From: Candidatus Eiseniibacteriota bacterium
GTDB lineage: Bacteria; Eisenbacteria; RBG-16-71-46; CAIMUX01; WJJG01
DNA length: 64,000 nt
Assembly (NCBI GenBank): GCA_030628905.1
Contig: DAOVQB010000002.1
Location: 839 to 64,838 of the forward strand
Direction: 5' to 3'
Notes under the pieces: generated by a model
What the model saw: only the letters and a program-made list of their open reading frames with translations
Database searches by the model: none
What the model was told of the DNA's origin: nothing
Shown: positions 48,765-58,698 of the stretch, piece by piece
Layout: every line of letters starts with the position of its first letter
How positions within the stretch are numbered: position 1 is the first letter of the stretch
Translations under genes and position numbers: made by a program

Positions 48765-50762
48765 CTACTGCTTATCATTACCCGGCGCCACCGCTGTTTC
48801 ACTGGTTGACTTGACGGGAATCCTGATCACGAATGTGGTTCCAACCCCGAGTTCACTCTTGACCGAAATGCTTCCACCATGCTCTTCGATGATTCGGTAG
48901 GCAATCGGTAGACCCAGTCCCGTTCCTCCAGATGCTCGTTTAGTCGTGAAGAATGGATCGAAGATCTGCTTCTGTGTCTTCTCGTTCATCCCCTTGCCGT
49001 TGTCTTCCACTTCAATTACAATAGTGTCCTCTTCCATCCGGGTCCTGACAGTGATCAGCCCCTTTCTGTCATCGGGCATGGCCTGACTCGCATTCACTGT
49101 CAAATTTACCAACACCTGCTCTATCTTGTGCGAGTTCCCGGTAAAGGTTAGAACATCAGGATGCAGTTCCAGTTTGATCTCCGCATGCTTGTGTACTTCG
49201 TTGTGCACCAAACGTGTGCAGGCTTCAATTGCCGTGTTCACATCAACTTTGTCTATGAGTAGGCCTTCATCGCGGCGCGCGAAGCGCTTGAGGCCTTCCA
49301 CGATTCCCTTGATCCGCTCTGAGCCGTGCGCCATATCATTGACCAGAACCATGACATGCTCCCGGAAGAACTTGTACGGAAGGCGAGCGATTATCAGGTC
49401 TGGATTGCGCTCAAACTCAGCATCAACAAGGGGCAGCATGTCCTCCAAGGCCTGTTTGATGATCTTGACATTTCCTCTGATAAACTGGTTTGGGTTGTTG
49501 ATTTCGTGTCCAATACCGCTAACCAGCTGTCCGAGTGAGGCGAGCTGATCGGCCTGCTGGAGTTGCTGCTCATAGGTCCTCTCCAGCGTAACATCGCGAT
49601 AGAACTCAATGATGCCCTCTACCTCGTGGTTGGGATCGAATATCGGTAGGGCGTGAACGTCGAGATACCGGTCTCCATCCTTGACGGTGAGCGTGATCGG
49701 CGCTTTGTCATGCACGATCCTGGACAATCGACAATCCTTGCACGGCTTGTCCCGGTGGAAGAAGGATTCATAGCACTTGGCTCCTGCCAGCATCTCCGCG
49801 CGATTCGTCATCACCAGTCTGCGATCCCGATCTATCAGCGCCACATCGCCAGGGAAGGCAGTGAAGATAGTCTCAAGCCGCGTCTTGGATTCCTGCCAAC
49901 CGCGGTTCAGGCGATCCAGGTATAGATTGGCCATGTCCAGTTTTTGCCGCTGCTCTTCCATTTCCCTGGTGCGGGTCTCGATCTCCTTCTCGAGATCAGC
50001 GAAGCGCCGGCGGTAGTCCGCCTCTTCCTCCTCCTTGAGGGCTAGGTGCTGCGAGAGTTCCTTACGCTCAATAGCTAGACTGAGCATGCGGCCAATCTCA
50101 CTCAGCATCTTCTGCTCTTCGGGCAAGAGTTGGACGTCACTATCGATATATCCGACGCGGATTTCGCCAGAGATCTCCTGATTCTCCACGAGCTTGGTGC
50201 TTAGGTAGTTCTCGCCTGTGAGTTCCTGGCCATACTCCTGCCCTTGGTAGACAGAGTAAACCACCACCTGCTCGGGGTACTGCATCCCACGCCGCAGGAA
50301 GCCTGGCAGCTGAGTGAAGAACTCCCTAACGGAGCGCGATATTGCGATCCATTCCGCGACCGAATAGAGACAGGCCAACTCCTTGACGCGCTCGTCCTTG
50401 TCCGTTGCCGCGAAGCGGCTCAGGCCGTCTACCTGGGTGCCGAAGAAGAGAAAGACCTCGCCCTTACTGGTATCTGTATATCCGATTCTAAGGGGAATCG
50501 AACAGGATTTGGCATCCTTGGGCGTGAAGATAACGGTGCCACGAATATCTTCGCGGGCTTGGATCATCCCGGCACGAAAAGTCTGCAGTGAAGACTGAGC
50601 CAGGACTGTTGTCAGGGTTTCGCCGGCAAGGGCCAGCTCCTGGGGCCCGCATCCGCGACACAAAAGGCGGCTGGCGTGGAGGATCTTCTCATTACTGTCA
50701 GCGACCAGTAGGAAATCGAAATTGCCCTCGATGAATGTATACAGGTCTTCCAGTTTGATCAT
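48765..50762 (-). CDS. PAS-domain sensor histidine kinase
   Basis: [10 protein letters not shown]-box. [14 protein letters not shown]2 box. Coiled-coil / PAS regions upstream. Confidence 0.85.
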   Translation of the reverse strand: MIKLEDLYTFIEGNFDFLLVADSNEKILHASRLLCRGCGPQELALAGETLTTVLAQSSLQTFRAGMIQAREDIRGTVIFTPKDAKSCSIPLRIGYTDTSKGEVFLFFGTQVDGLSRFAATDKDERVKELACLYSVAEWIAISRSVREFFTQLPGFLRRGMQYPEQVVVYSVYQGQEYGQELTGENYLSTKLVENQEISGEIRVGYIDSDVQLLPEEQKMLSEIGRMLSLAIERKELSQHLALKEEEEADYRRRFADLEKEIETRTREMEEQRQKLDMANLYLDRLNRGWQESKTRLETIFTAFPGDVALIDRDRRLVMTNRAEMLAGAKCYESFFHRDKPCKDCRLSRIVHDKAPITLTVKDGDRYLDVHALPIFDPNHEVEGIIEFYRDVTLERTYEQQLQQADQLASLGQLVSGIGHEINNPNQFIRGNVKIIKQALEDMLPLVDAEFERNPDLIIARLPYKFFREHVMVLVNDMAHGSERIKGIVEGLKRFARRDEGLLIDKVDVNTAIEACTRLVHNEVHKHAEIKLELHPDVLTFTGNSHKIEQVLVNLTVNASQAMPDDRKGLITVRTRMEEDTIVIEVEDNGKGMNEKTQKQIFDPFFTTKRASGGTGLGLPIAYRIIEEHGGSISVKSELGVGTTFVIRIPVKSTSETAVAPGNDKQ

Positions 50763-50892
50763 GGCCTATTCCTTCCGGAAGCTGTTGGAACCACCACGTG
50801 GTGCTCCGCTATTCTCGATAGCGCGTCAGATTGGAGCGTAGTCGCCGTCACTCCAGCGCGCTGCTGAGTAGTTCCGAATAGTGCGCAGCCTT

Positions 50893-53800
50893 TCAGTGAA
50901 CCCTGAATCGCTCAGTGCCCACCGCGCGGATCTCCCGCTTGTAGCGACCTCCGTGTGTGAGTGCAGGGGGGATCGGCCTAGGTCTGGCCCGTACGTTGGG
51001 CGTGACGAGGTTGTCTTTTCCAGGCCACGCCCGCTGCTCTCCGGTGTTCCAATAGAAGGCGGCAAGTTCGCCCAGATGTTCTCGCACCCGGGAAGTGAGT
51101 TCCGTGGTGAGGCTCTCTGCAGAAGCCGAGGGCAACCTAACCCCAAACTGCTCGGCCAACCCCGCGAGCAGCTTCCATCCCGGAACACCCGATGGTGGTG
51201 GGATTGCTCGTGAGTACTCAATCAGGTGCCCCTCGAAGTTGCAGCGCGTCCCCTCCGTTTCCAGGTAGGTTGTACCGGGAAGCGTCACGTCGGCAAACCG
51301 GGTCGTTTCCGTGGCACACCAGTCCACTGCCGCAAGGAACTCAACATTGTGGAAGTAGGCCCCCGTCCGATTGTGCTCCATCGGGTCCTCCCCGATGATA
51401 ATCGCTCCTCGGATCCTCCCATCGGCGAGCATGGCACGCAGCTCCTCGTGGGAAGAGGCGCCCGCAAACCCTATAGACGGCCGGCGTCCCGGCAGGAACC
51501 CTGGGTCGGCGCCCGTCACCTCCAATCCCGCCACATTGGCTGTTAACCTGGGCAGCAGCAAGTCGGCGTGCACGCCCGCTGTCCGCAGGAGCAGAAGGAA
51601 GTTGGCCAACGTCTCCATATCCCCTGACGCCTGGTCCTGCGGCCTATCTGGACTGTGAACAAAGACAACCCTCTTGGCATCCCCAAAAAGGGCCGCCGCT
51701 CTGTGAATGCTCTCCTCAGAGACGCCCGTCAGATCGGAGACAGTGCCAAGATCCCTCTCCAAGCTGGCAAGGAATTCATCGCCGCCCGGCATGCTCTGGG
51801 CCTTGTCAGGCGACAGCGTGCCATCCTCCAGAAGCACCTGCATGACGCCATTCCAGAGAACTGAGGCCCTGCCACGCATGGGATCCATCGACACGGCCGC
51901 TAGATGCAGATCGCTTGTATTGAGGATCGAGTTGGCGACGATCAGCTGCGCGCCTTTCTTTGCCGCCTGGATGATCTCAACGGAAAGGATCAAGTGGTCT
52001 GCTTCAGTGCTCGTGTTGTTGCAGACGATCAGATCGGCATCCGCAAGCACCGAGCGGTCAGCCGTCGAGGCCGTGAAACCAAAGGATTGATCCAGGATGC
52101 CCGCATCCTTCCCCACCTCCAAGGCCGCCAAGGAGCCAATATTGTTTGTGCCCAGGCCCTCCCGTGCAATCCGGCTGGCTATGTAGAGTTCTTCATTGCT
52201 CAACGCTGGCGAGGCAAAGACGGCGACTGATTCCCGGCCATGCTTCGCCACAACCTCCTTCATGCCGTCCACGATTCTTTGGTATGCCTCGGGAAGAGCA
52301 ACCTCCTCCGACGCGCTACCCGAACGCACCAACGGGGCCGTCAGTCTCTTCCGTTTAATAAAGCGTTCATAACCGAAACGGCCATAACGACAGAGGTACT
52401 CGCCAGGTACACCCGAGGGACCGATGAAGTAGCGGTTGTCTCCAAAGCGCTTGACGGTTATTGCGCATCCGATGGAGCAGGAAGCGCAATGGGTTGCCAC
52501 ATTGTCCGTCGCCAACGCAGCCCGCCCCGGAAACGGATACTTGATGGTCAATGCACCCGTGGGACAGGCATCAACGCAATTCCCGCAGCTGATACAACTG
52601 GTCTGGACCAGCGGGTCATTCATGGCCGGGCGCATCTCGGTCCGGAAGCCCCGGCCCACCAATCCCAGTGCGGCAATGGGTAGGACACGCGCGCATGTGC
52701 GGATGCAGCGAGAACACAGAACACACTTGTTTGGATCGTAGACGATGTATGGGTGACGGCTGTCAACCTTGTGCTTCCTGACATAGCCGGAGAACTCGTC
52801 CATGTCGACACCGTATTCCTGGGCGTATAACCTGAGGGCACAGTCGTCATAGCGGACACAACCGCAGGAAAGGCATCGATCCACCTCGTGCGCCATGTCT
52901 TCTGGCTCGAAGCCGGTCGCAACCTCGTCGAAGCTACCCTGGCGCTCTTCCACATCGATCATGTGGACTGCGTGGCGCGGGCTCTCGGAGACCTCACCCA
53001 ACTCCGCCTGGCCAGGTTTGGCCCAGAACTCCTTCGTCACCACAAATGGTTCGGACTCCAGCGCCTCACCGCTGAGGTAGCTGTGAATGGCCTGGGCCGC
53101 CCGTCGGCCATCGCGAATGGCATCAATCACTACCGTGGGGCCATCATCGGCAGCATCGCCTCCAGCGAAGATGCCTTCGATGTTTGTTTTCATCGTCTGG
53201 GTATCGACCTCGATCGTTTCCCAGCGGGAAATGCCGAGCTCTTTTCCCTGCACTGATCGAAGGCCGTCGAGCACCGGGGCCTGACCGATGGCCGAGACGG
53301 CAAGCTGGCAAGGAAGCTCGAACTCGGATCCCTCCAGCGGAATGGGACGACGGCGCCCGGACGCATCGGGTTCACCCAGCTTCATCCGGATACACTTGAG
53401 CGCCTTGAGCTTCCCTTTCTCGGAACTGATCCCAACCGGAGCAGCCAGCTCCATGATCTCGATGCCCTCTTCGAGGCAGTCCTCTATTTCCATCCGGTCG
53501 GCCGGCATTTCGGCCTTGGTCCTCCGATACAGGATGATGACCTTGTCGGCGCCGCACCGCCATGCTGTGCGCGCCGCATCCATGGCCGTGTTCCCGCCGC
53601 CCACGACAACAATTGTACCTGTCACTGGGTCGGGATGATCGGCCTTCTTCAGCAGGAACTCAGCCCCGGTAACAACGCCTTCGGTATCGAACTCGCCCTC
53701 CACACGCATCGGCTTTCCTGCCCAGCCGCCAACGGCGAGGAAGAGAGCCGCGTGGCGCTTCTTGAGTTCGTCGAGCGAGATGTCCTGGCCCACACGAACT

Positions 53801-54585
53801 CCATAGTTGATCTCGGCGCCAGTCCGGCAGATGTATTCCGCCTCCCTATCGAGCACATCGTCGGGCAGCCGGTAGGTAGGAATCCCATAGCGCAACATTC
53901 CGCCGCTGCGGCTCATCGCCTCATAGAGCACCGGCTTGTAGCCCTTCTTGCCCAAGAACCAAGCAGCCGTCAATCCCGCCGGGCCGGCGCCAACGATGCC
54001 GATCGTCTGACCGCGGGAGGGCTCACACTCGGGCTGTCCATCATAGATCCCTGGCGCATCAGTCACATAGCGCTTGACCGCGTTGATGCTGACGGCCTGG
54101 TCCACGTCCACGCGCCGGCAGACCACCTCGCACTTACGCACGCACACGCGGCCGCACACAGCAGGTAGCGGATTGGCTTCGCGGATGAGATCAACGGCCT
54201 TGCGAGTCTGCCCCATGCCGGCGAGAGCAATGTACCCTTGCGCATCCACTCCCGCTGGGCAACCGATCTTGCACGGAGAGATGCAGTCGGCGTAGTGGTT
54301 AGAGAGCAGCAGTTCCAGAGCCGTTTTTCGAGAGGCCATAATGCGCTCATTGCGCGTCTCTACCTCCATGCCGGGGGCGACCCTCGTAGCACAGGAGGGC
54401 ACAAGATTCGGCCGGCCCTTGACCTCCACCACGCAGAGGAAACAGGAACCGTATGGCTCCAATTCATCTGAGTGGCAGAGCGTCGGAATATCATCGAGTT
54501 TCTGTTCCCGCACCACATCGAGAATGGTCTGGCCAGGCCTGGCAGCAATCTCCTGCCCGTTGATAGTAATCTTGATGGTTCCCAT
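50893..54585 (-). CDS. Fused NuoG/FdhA-like + GltD/NfnB-like oxidoreductase. Domain order: 2Fe-2S, then an inserted GltD-like FAD/NAD(P)H module, then Fe-S domains, then a molybdopterin-oxidoreductase-fold domain that appears to lack the Cys/Sec ligand.
   Basis: aa 1-100 2Fe-2S (CHSDELEPYGSCFLC). aa ~100-520 GltD-like (CGRVCVRKCEVVC, IGIVGAGPAGLTAAWFL, VVVGGGNTAMDAART). aa 541-680 His/Cys Fe-S motifs. aa 690-1230 molybdopterin-fold domain (CASCSIGC ... SNEELYIASRIAREGLGTNNIGSLAAL). Confidence 0.85.
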   Translation of the reverse strand: MGTIKITINGQEIAARPGQTILDVVREQKLDDIPTLCHSDELEPYGSCFLCVVEVKGRPNLVPSCATRVAPGMEVETRNERIMASRKTALELLLSNHYADCISPCKIGCPAGVDAQGYIALAGMGQTRKAVDLIREANPLPAVCGRVCVRKCEVVCRRVDVDQAVSINAVKRYVTDAPGIYDGQPECEPSRGQTIGIVGAGPAGLTAAWFLGKKGYKPVLYEAMSRSGGMLRYGIPTYRLPDDVLDREAEYICRTGAEINYGVRVGQDISLDELKKRHAALFLAVGGWAGKPMRVEGEFDTEGVVTGAEFLLKKADHPDPVTGTIVVVGGGNTAMDAARTAWRCGADKVIILYRRTKAEMPADRMEIEDCLEEGIEIMELAAPVGISSEKGKLKALKCIRMKLGEPDASGRRRPIPLEGSEFELPCQLAVSAIGQAPVLDGLRSVQGKELGISRWETIEVDTQTMKTNIEGIFAGGDAADDGPTVVIDAIRDGRRAAQAIHSYLSGEALESEPFVVTKEFWAKPGQAELGEVSESPRHAVHMIDVEERQGSFDEVATGFEPEDMAHEVDRCLSCGCVRYDDCALRLYAQEYGVDMDEFSGYVRKHKVDSRHPYIVYDPNKCVLCSRCIRTCARVLPIAALGLVGRGFRTEMRPAMNDPLVQTSCISCGNCVDACPTGALTIKYPFPGRAALATDNVATHCASCSIGCAITVKRFGDNRYFIGPSGVPGEYLCRYGRFGYERFIKRKRLTAPLVRSGSASEEVALPEAYQRIVDGMKEVVAKHGRESVAVFASPALSNEELYIASRIAREGLGTNNIGSLAALEVGKDAGILDQSFGFTASTADRSVLADADLIVCNNTSTEADHLILSVEIIQAAKKGAQLIVANSILNTSDLHLAAVSMDPMRGRASVLWNGVMQVLLEDGTLSPDKAQSMPGGDEFLASLERDLGTVSDLTGVSEESIHRAAALFGDAKRVVFVHSPDRPQDQASGDMETLANFLLLLRTAGVHADLLLPRLTANVAGLEVTGADPGFLPGRRPSIGFAGASSHEELRAMLADGRIRGAIIIGEDPMEHNRTGAYFHNVEFLAAVDWCATETTRFADVTLPGTTYLETEGTRCNFEGHLIEYSRAIPPPSGVPGWKLLAGLAEQFGVRLPSASAESLTTELTSRVREHLGELAAFYWNTGEQRAWPGKDNLVTPNVRARPRPIPPALTHGGRYKREIRAVGTERFRVH

Positions 54586-54596
54586 GCCCTCCTACC

Positions 54597-56375
54597 TTAG
54601 CTCTTGTACACAGCGCCGAAGTTGCAGCTTGTGATGCACCTGCTGCACTTAACACATTTGTCAGTGTTGATAACGTGGACTTTCTTGGGTTCCCCAGAGA
54701 TTGCATCGACCGGGCAGTTCTTCGCACAGCTTGTACAGCCTACGCATTTCTCAGGATCAATGAAGAAATCCACCAGGGCTTCGCAGCTCTTTGCGGGACA
54801 CTTGCGCTCATCGATATGGGCATCATACTCGTGGCGAAAATAACGAAGTGTAGTCAGAACAGGATTCGGCGCCGTCTGGCCGAGGCCACAGAGGCTGGCC
54901 TCCTTGATCTGAACAGAGAGTTTCTCAAGCTTCGCGATGTCGCCGGGACGTCCCTCGCCTTTGGTTATGCGCTCCAGAATCTCGAGCATCCTGAGTGTTC
55001 CGATGCGGCAGAAGGTACACTTACCACAGGACTCGCTCTGCGTGAACTCCAAGAAGAAACGGGCGATCTCTACCATGCATGTGGAGTCGTCCACGACAAC
55101 CATGCCACCTGATCCCATGATCGCGCCGGTCTGGGGAATGCTCTCGAAGTCAACGGGGGTATCACCTAGTTCACTTGGAATGCAGCCTCCGGACGGCCCA
55201 CCCATCTGGACAGCCTTGAACTTCCGCCCCCCCTTGATGCCGCCGCCGATCTTGAACACCAGGTCGTTGATCGTGGTGCCCATGGGAACTTCGGCAAGCC
55301 CGCCATGTGCAACCTTGCCTGCCAGAGCGAAGACCTTGGTTCCAGGGCTCTGCTTGGTTCCAAACTTGGTGTATTCCGCCGCACCATTAACAATTATCCA
55401 TGGTACATTGGCGTAAGTCTCCACGTTGTTGTTATTCGTAGGTTTCCGCCAGAGCCCCTTCTCCGCCGGAAATGGTGGCCGGATCCGCGGCATCCCACGC
55501 TCGCCCTCGATGGAAGCAAAGAGAGCGGTCTCTTCACCGCACACGAACGCGCCGGCGCCCTGCTTGATTTTCACATCGAAGTTGAAACCGGAACCAAGGA
55601 TATTCTTGCCCAGGTAGCCTTTCTCTCTGGCGGCGGCAATCGCGATGTTGAGCCGCTTGATAGCCAGCGGATACTCGGCCCGGCAATATATGTAGCCAAA
55701 ACCCGCGTTGATGGCGCGCGCACAGATGATCATCCCCTCTAGGACCGAATGGGGATCCCCCTCCAGCACGGAACGGTCCATGAACGCGCCGGGATCGCCC
55801 TCGTCGGCATTACAGACGACATACTTCGTCTCCCCGCTGTATCCGGCAGCAAAGGACCACTTGAGCCCGGTCGGAAAGCCCGCACCGCCACGCCCGCGCA
55901 GGCCGGAGGCCTTCATCTCCTCAATGATCGTCTCAGGCGTCATCTCAAGGAGGGCTTTGCGTAGACCATCGTAGCCGCCTGCGTCCACATAGTCCGCCAG
56001 CGACTCGGGATCGATGATGCCACAGTTCCTCAGCACAATCCGCTGTTGCGGAACCATGAACTCCGTCTCAGACCCCTCCGGAGGAGCATCTAGTGTCTCC
56101 TTGTACACCACATATTCATCAATGACCTCGCTCCCACGGACGCTGCGCTCGAAGATCTCTACAGCCCGCTCGACACTGACGTTTCCATAGATCACCCGGC
56201 TCCCGTTCTGACGAATCTCCACCAAGGGTTCTCGATAGCACATCCCGATGCAACCCGTGATGCATAGTTCGCAGGAATCCGGTTCCGAGGAAACCAGCTC
56301 CTGGAGTTTTTCATGCACACCTTGAGCACCAGCCGATAGACCGCAGGTGCCCATTCCGACGAGCACTTTCTTCAT
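54597..56375 (-). CDS. NuoF/HndC/HydB-type FMN and NAD(P)H-binding subunit with an N-terminal thioredoxin-like 2Fe-2S domain and C-terminal 2x[4Fe-4S] ferredoxin domains
   Basis: MKKVLVGMGTCGLSAG...CELCITGCIGMC. GGAGFPTGLKW (FMN). C-terminal CVGCTSCAKNCP...CVKCSRCITSC. Confidence 0.9.
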   Translation of the reverse strand: MKKVLVGMGTCGLSAGAQGVHEKLQELVSSEPDSCELCITGCIGMCYREPLVEIRQNGSRVIYGNVSVERAVEIFERSVRGSEVIDEYVVYKETLDAPPEGSETEFMVPQQRIVLRNCGIIDPESLADYVDAGGYDGLRKALLEMTPETIIEEMKASGLRGRGGAGFPTGLKWSFAAGYSGETKYVVCNADEGDPGAFMDRSVLEGDPHSVLEGMIICARAINAGFGYIYCRAEYPLAIKRLNIAIAAAREKGYLGKNILGSGFNFDVKIKQGAGAFVCGEETALFASIEGERGMPRIRPPFPAEKGLWRKPTNNNNVETYANVPWIIVNGAAEYTKFGTKQSPGTKVFALAGKVAHGGLAEVPMGTTINDLVFKIGGGIKGGRKFKAVQMGGPSGGCIPSELGDTPVDFESIPQTGAIMGSGGMVVVDDSTCMVEIARFFLEFTQSESCGKCTFCRIGTLRMLEILERITKGEGRPGDIAKLEKLSVQIKEASLCGLGQTAPNPVLTTLRYFRHEYDAHIDERKCPAKSCEALVDFFIDPEKCVGCTSCAKNCPVDAISGEPKKVHVINTDKCVKCSRCITSCNFGAVYKS

Positions 56376-56387
56376 CTGTGCACTCCA

Positions 56388-56434
56388 GCTTCCTTACAGG
56401 GCCTCCGGCTTCCTTACAGGGGCTCCGGCTTCCG
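56388..56434. repeat. ~20-bp tandem repeat (2.3 copies) directly upstream of the NuoF-like start, duplicating an SD-like GGAG element
   Basis: gcttccttacagggcctccg / gcttccttacaggggctccg / gcttcc... Confidence 0.8.
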
Positions 56435-56569
56435 ATAGTGGGAATAAAGCCAACTCAGACTAGTGCCGACCATGAATCACAGTACTCAGGGCTCGCACAA
56501 GAATAACTTCCCATTTTCGCCGGACCCGAACGCCGGGGACTTCGTTGCGGCTCCTCGGAGTAGTCCCGG

Positions 56570-57082
56570 CTACGCCTCACAGCCGGTAGCTGCCGGTGTT
56601 CCTGCCGCCTTCTTTCCCTCTTGACGGCGGTATCCGCGTAGCAGTTTTCTGACGGCGGCAGGCGTAAGGCTTCCATGGGTTTCATCATTGACCATTATCA
56701 CCGGGGCCAGTGAGCAGCAGCCCAGACAGGCTACAGTGACGAGGGTAAACAACCCATCTTCCGTGGTATCGCCCACCTCAATGCCTAGCTCGTCTTGAAC
56801 CGTATCGATGAGCATCCTCGCCCCAGACACGTGGCAGGCTGTCCCGTCGCAGACTCTGACCAAGTATTTGCCCGCCGGTTGAAGCCTGAACTGACTGTAG
56901 AAGGTGATGACGCCGTAGATGGTCGACTCAGGGATGCTGGTTACCTCAGAGATGTATCTAATGGCCCGGCGCGGTATGTAGCCGAAGTGATCCTGCGCTG
57001 ACTGAAGCAGTGGGATCAACTCCCCAGGCGCGCCATCGTATCGCCAGAGCCTATAACCGAAGTGATCCGATTGCAAAGCCAT
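56570..57082 (-). CDS. NuoE/HndA/HydC-type 2Fe-2S subunit
   Basis: VCDGTACHVSGA...ACLGCCSLAPV motifs. Confidence 0.9.
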   Translation of the reverse strand: MALQSDHFGYRLWRYDGAPGELIPLLQSAQDHFGYIPRRAIRYISEVTSIPESTIYGVITFYSQFRLQPAGKYLVRVCDGTACHVSGARMLIDTVQDELGIEVGDTTEDGLFTLVTVACLGCCSLAPVIMVNDETHGSLTPAAVRKLLRGYRRQEGKKAAGTPAATGCEA

Positions 57083-57132
57083 GATCAGTGTCCTGCCCTA
57101 CACTGCATGAATGTCAGGGGGATACCGCAACG

Positions 57133-58146
57133 TTAGTCATCAAGCATCTTGATGACCTTCGCCTCACGCACGCGGAGAACCCCATCGATCTCGCTGATCT
57201 TCTCGATAATCCGCGGGGTCCGGCCAACGGCACCGTGTCCCGTGATCATCCCGACGAGCTTCGTGCCACCCTCAATTACATCACAGAAGATGACCTCCTC
57301 GATGAAGAAAACCGTGGTGAAAATCTGCTGAATCGCATCCTTGTCGATATCAACCATGATATAGCTCGTTGTGCCAGGTTGCTTCGCCACAGTCTGCTGA
57401 GCCGATGCCTTAACAGCCTTCTGATAGATCGCGACGAACTCGTCGACGTCTCGGTCTAGCTTTGGCCTCTCGACAGCCGACTCGGATGCAACCTCAAGGC
57501 CATCGATTGCTTCCACTTTCTTGAAAAGGGCGTTGATCCCCTCTCGCGTCTCGGCCTGTGCAAGGAGGATAATGTCGACATCACCACGCACTGCTTGGCA
57601 TGAAGCAATGCCATCCATCTGGCTGAGTTCGTTGAATACATCCATGCTTTTTGTAGGGTCAGTGATCCTCACTGTCAGGTAGGCGCTGACGGACTCGCGC
57701 ATGCGTCCCTCATCTTTCGCGGCAGCGCTAGGCTTGAGAGTTGAGGGCCCGGGGGAGAGTTTCTCGAGCGCCTTGACTAGTTCGGGAATCTCAAACGGCT
57801 TGTCGAGGTAGCCGGTGTTCTTTTCAGCAAGAGCGGTGTGCATGAGCCTGTCGTCCCCGAAGCCAGTGATCACCAAAACAGGTAGATCGGGAAACTGGCT
57901 CTTGATGACCTTGAGGATCTTCAGACCATCGATATCGGGCATGAAGATATCAGTGACAAGGTAGTCGTAACCAACCCCCTTTTCACGGGCCTGATTGAGT
58001 TCATGGATCGCCGAGATGCCATCAGGGCAAGCCACAACGGTGTAGTCCTCTTGTGTCAGGCCAATTGTCAGGTTCCGCCTGATTTCCGGCTCGTCATCAA
58101 TAATAAGCAAGCGCCCTTTCACTGGAATCCTCCATGAAAATGACAA
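57133..58146 (-). CDS. Response regulator with REC plus two C-terminal Lrp/AsnC-type RAM (ACT-like) ligand-binding domains. No DNA-binding domain.
   Basis: LLIIDDEPEIRRNL...VTDIFMPDIDG...LPVLVITGF REC. The C-terminal halves resemble RAM domains (..AVRGDVDIILLAQAE..IDGL.., ..IEGGTKLVGMITGHG..IDGVLRV..). Confidence 0.65.
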   Translation of the reverse strand: MSFSWRIPVKGRLLIIDDEPEIRRNLTIGLTQEDYTVVACPDGISAIHELNQAREKGVGYDYLVTDIFMPDIDGLKILKVIKSQFPDLPVLVITGFGDDRLMHTALAEKNTGYLDKPFEIPELVKALEKLSPGPSTLKPSAAAKDEGRMRESVSAYLTVRITDPTKSMDVFNELSQMDGIASCQAVRGDVDIILLAQAETREGINALFKKVEAIDGLEVASESAVERPKLDRDVDEFVAIYQKAVKASAQQTVAKQPGTTSYIMVDIDKDAIQQIFTTVFFIEEVIFCDVIEGGTKLVGMITGHGAVGRTPRIIEKISEIDGVLRVREAKVIKMLDD

Positions 58147-58698
58147 TACAAACGGCCCGCGCGACCATCAGTTATCGTCGATCCGGCTCATCCACCGCAA
58201 GCCGGTGCGCCCCCGCATGGCGGGGCGGCGCATCTGCCTATGATCGAACAGCACCAGATCTTACCCGGTGCCCGCCCGAAGGCGCAAGCGCCGAACGCCA
58301 GTCGAGCCTTCGGACAGGGACACGGCCTGGGAGCTGCCAGCCTGGGAGGTGACCATGGAGCCGGGAGTCAGTAGCCCCGCAACGGGGCCCCGTCACGGAA
58401 GCCCTCACCGAGCACGAGGATGCGGTTCCCCGGCAGAGCCTTGACAAACTAGCCCCTGCCGACCGCTAGGCTCGCGGTTGGACAATTGAGCCTCTGCTCA
58501 GCAATTGCGCAATTGACCCGCAAAGTCTCTACTGGCACGCCTTGACTTCGCAACATACTCGCTGTTGAATCGTCTTGTAGGGTTGGCCTGTATTTTTCAC
58601 CAGCCGCAGTAGATGGCTGGTGAAGAGTGCAGGCTAGGTGAGAGAGGAGATTCCTCGTACGAAACCGCCGACCCCAAGAGAAGGAGAGGGGGACTCCA

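Noticed and set aside
52120-52152. Selenocysteine (TGA) recoding in the FdhA-like domain
   Set aside because: The ORF is continuous with no in-frame TGA, and the aligned position carries neither Cys nor Sec.
56455-56688. 77-aa ORF in the NuoE-NuoF spacer
   Set aside because: It overlaps the NuoE-like gene, has no RBS and a basic low-complexity product. The spacer is better described by the tandem repeat.
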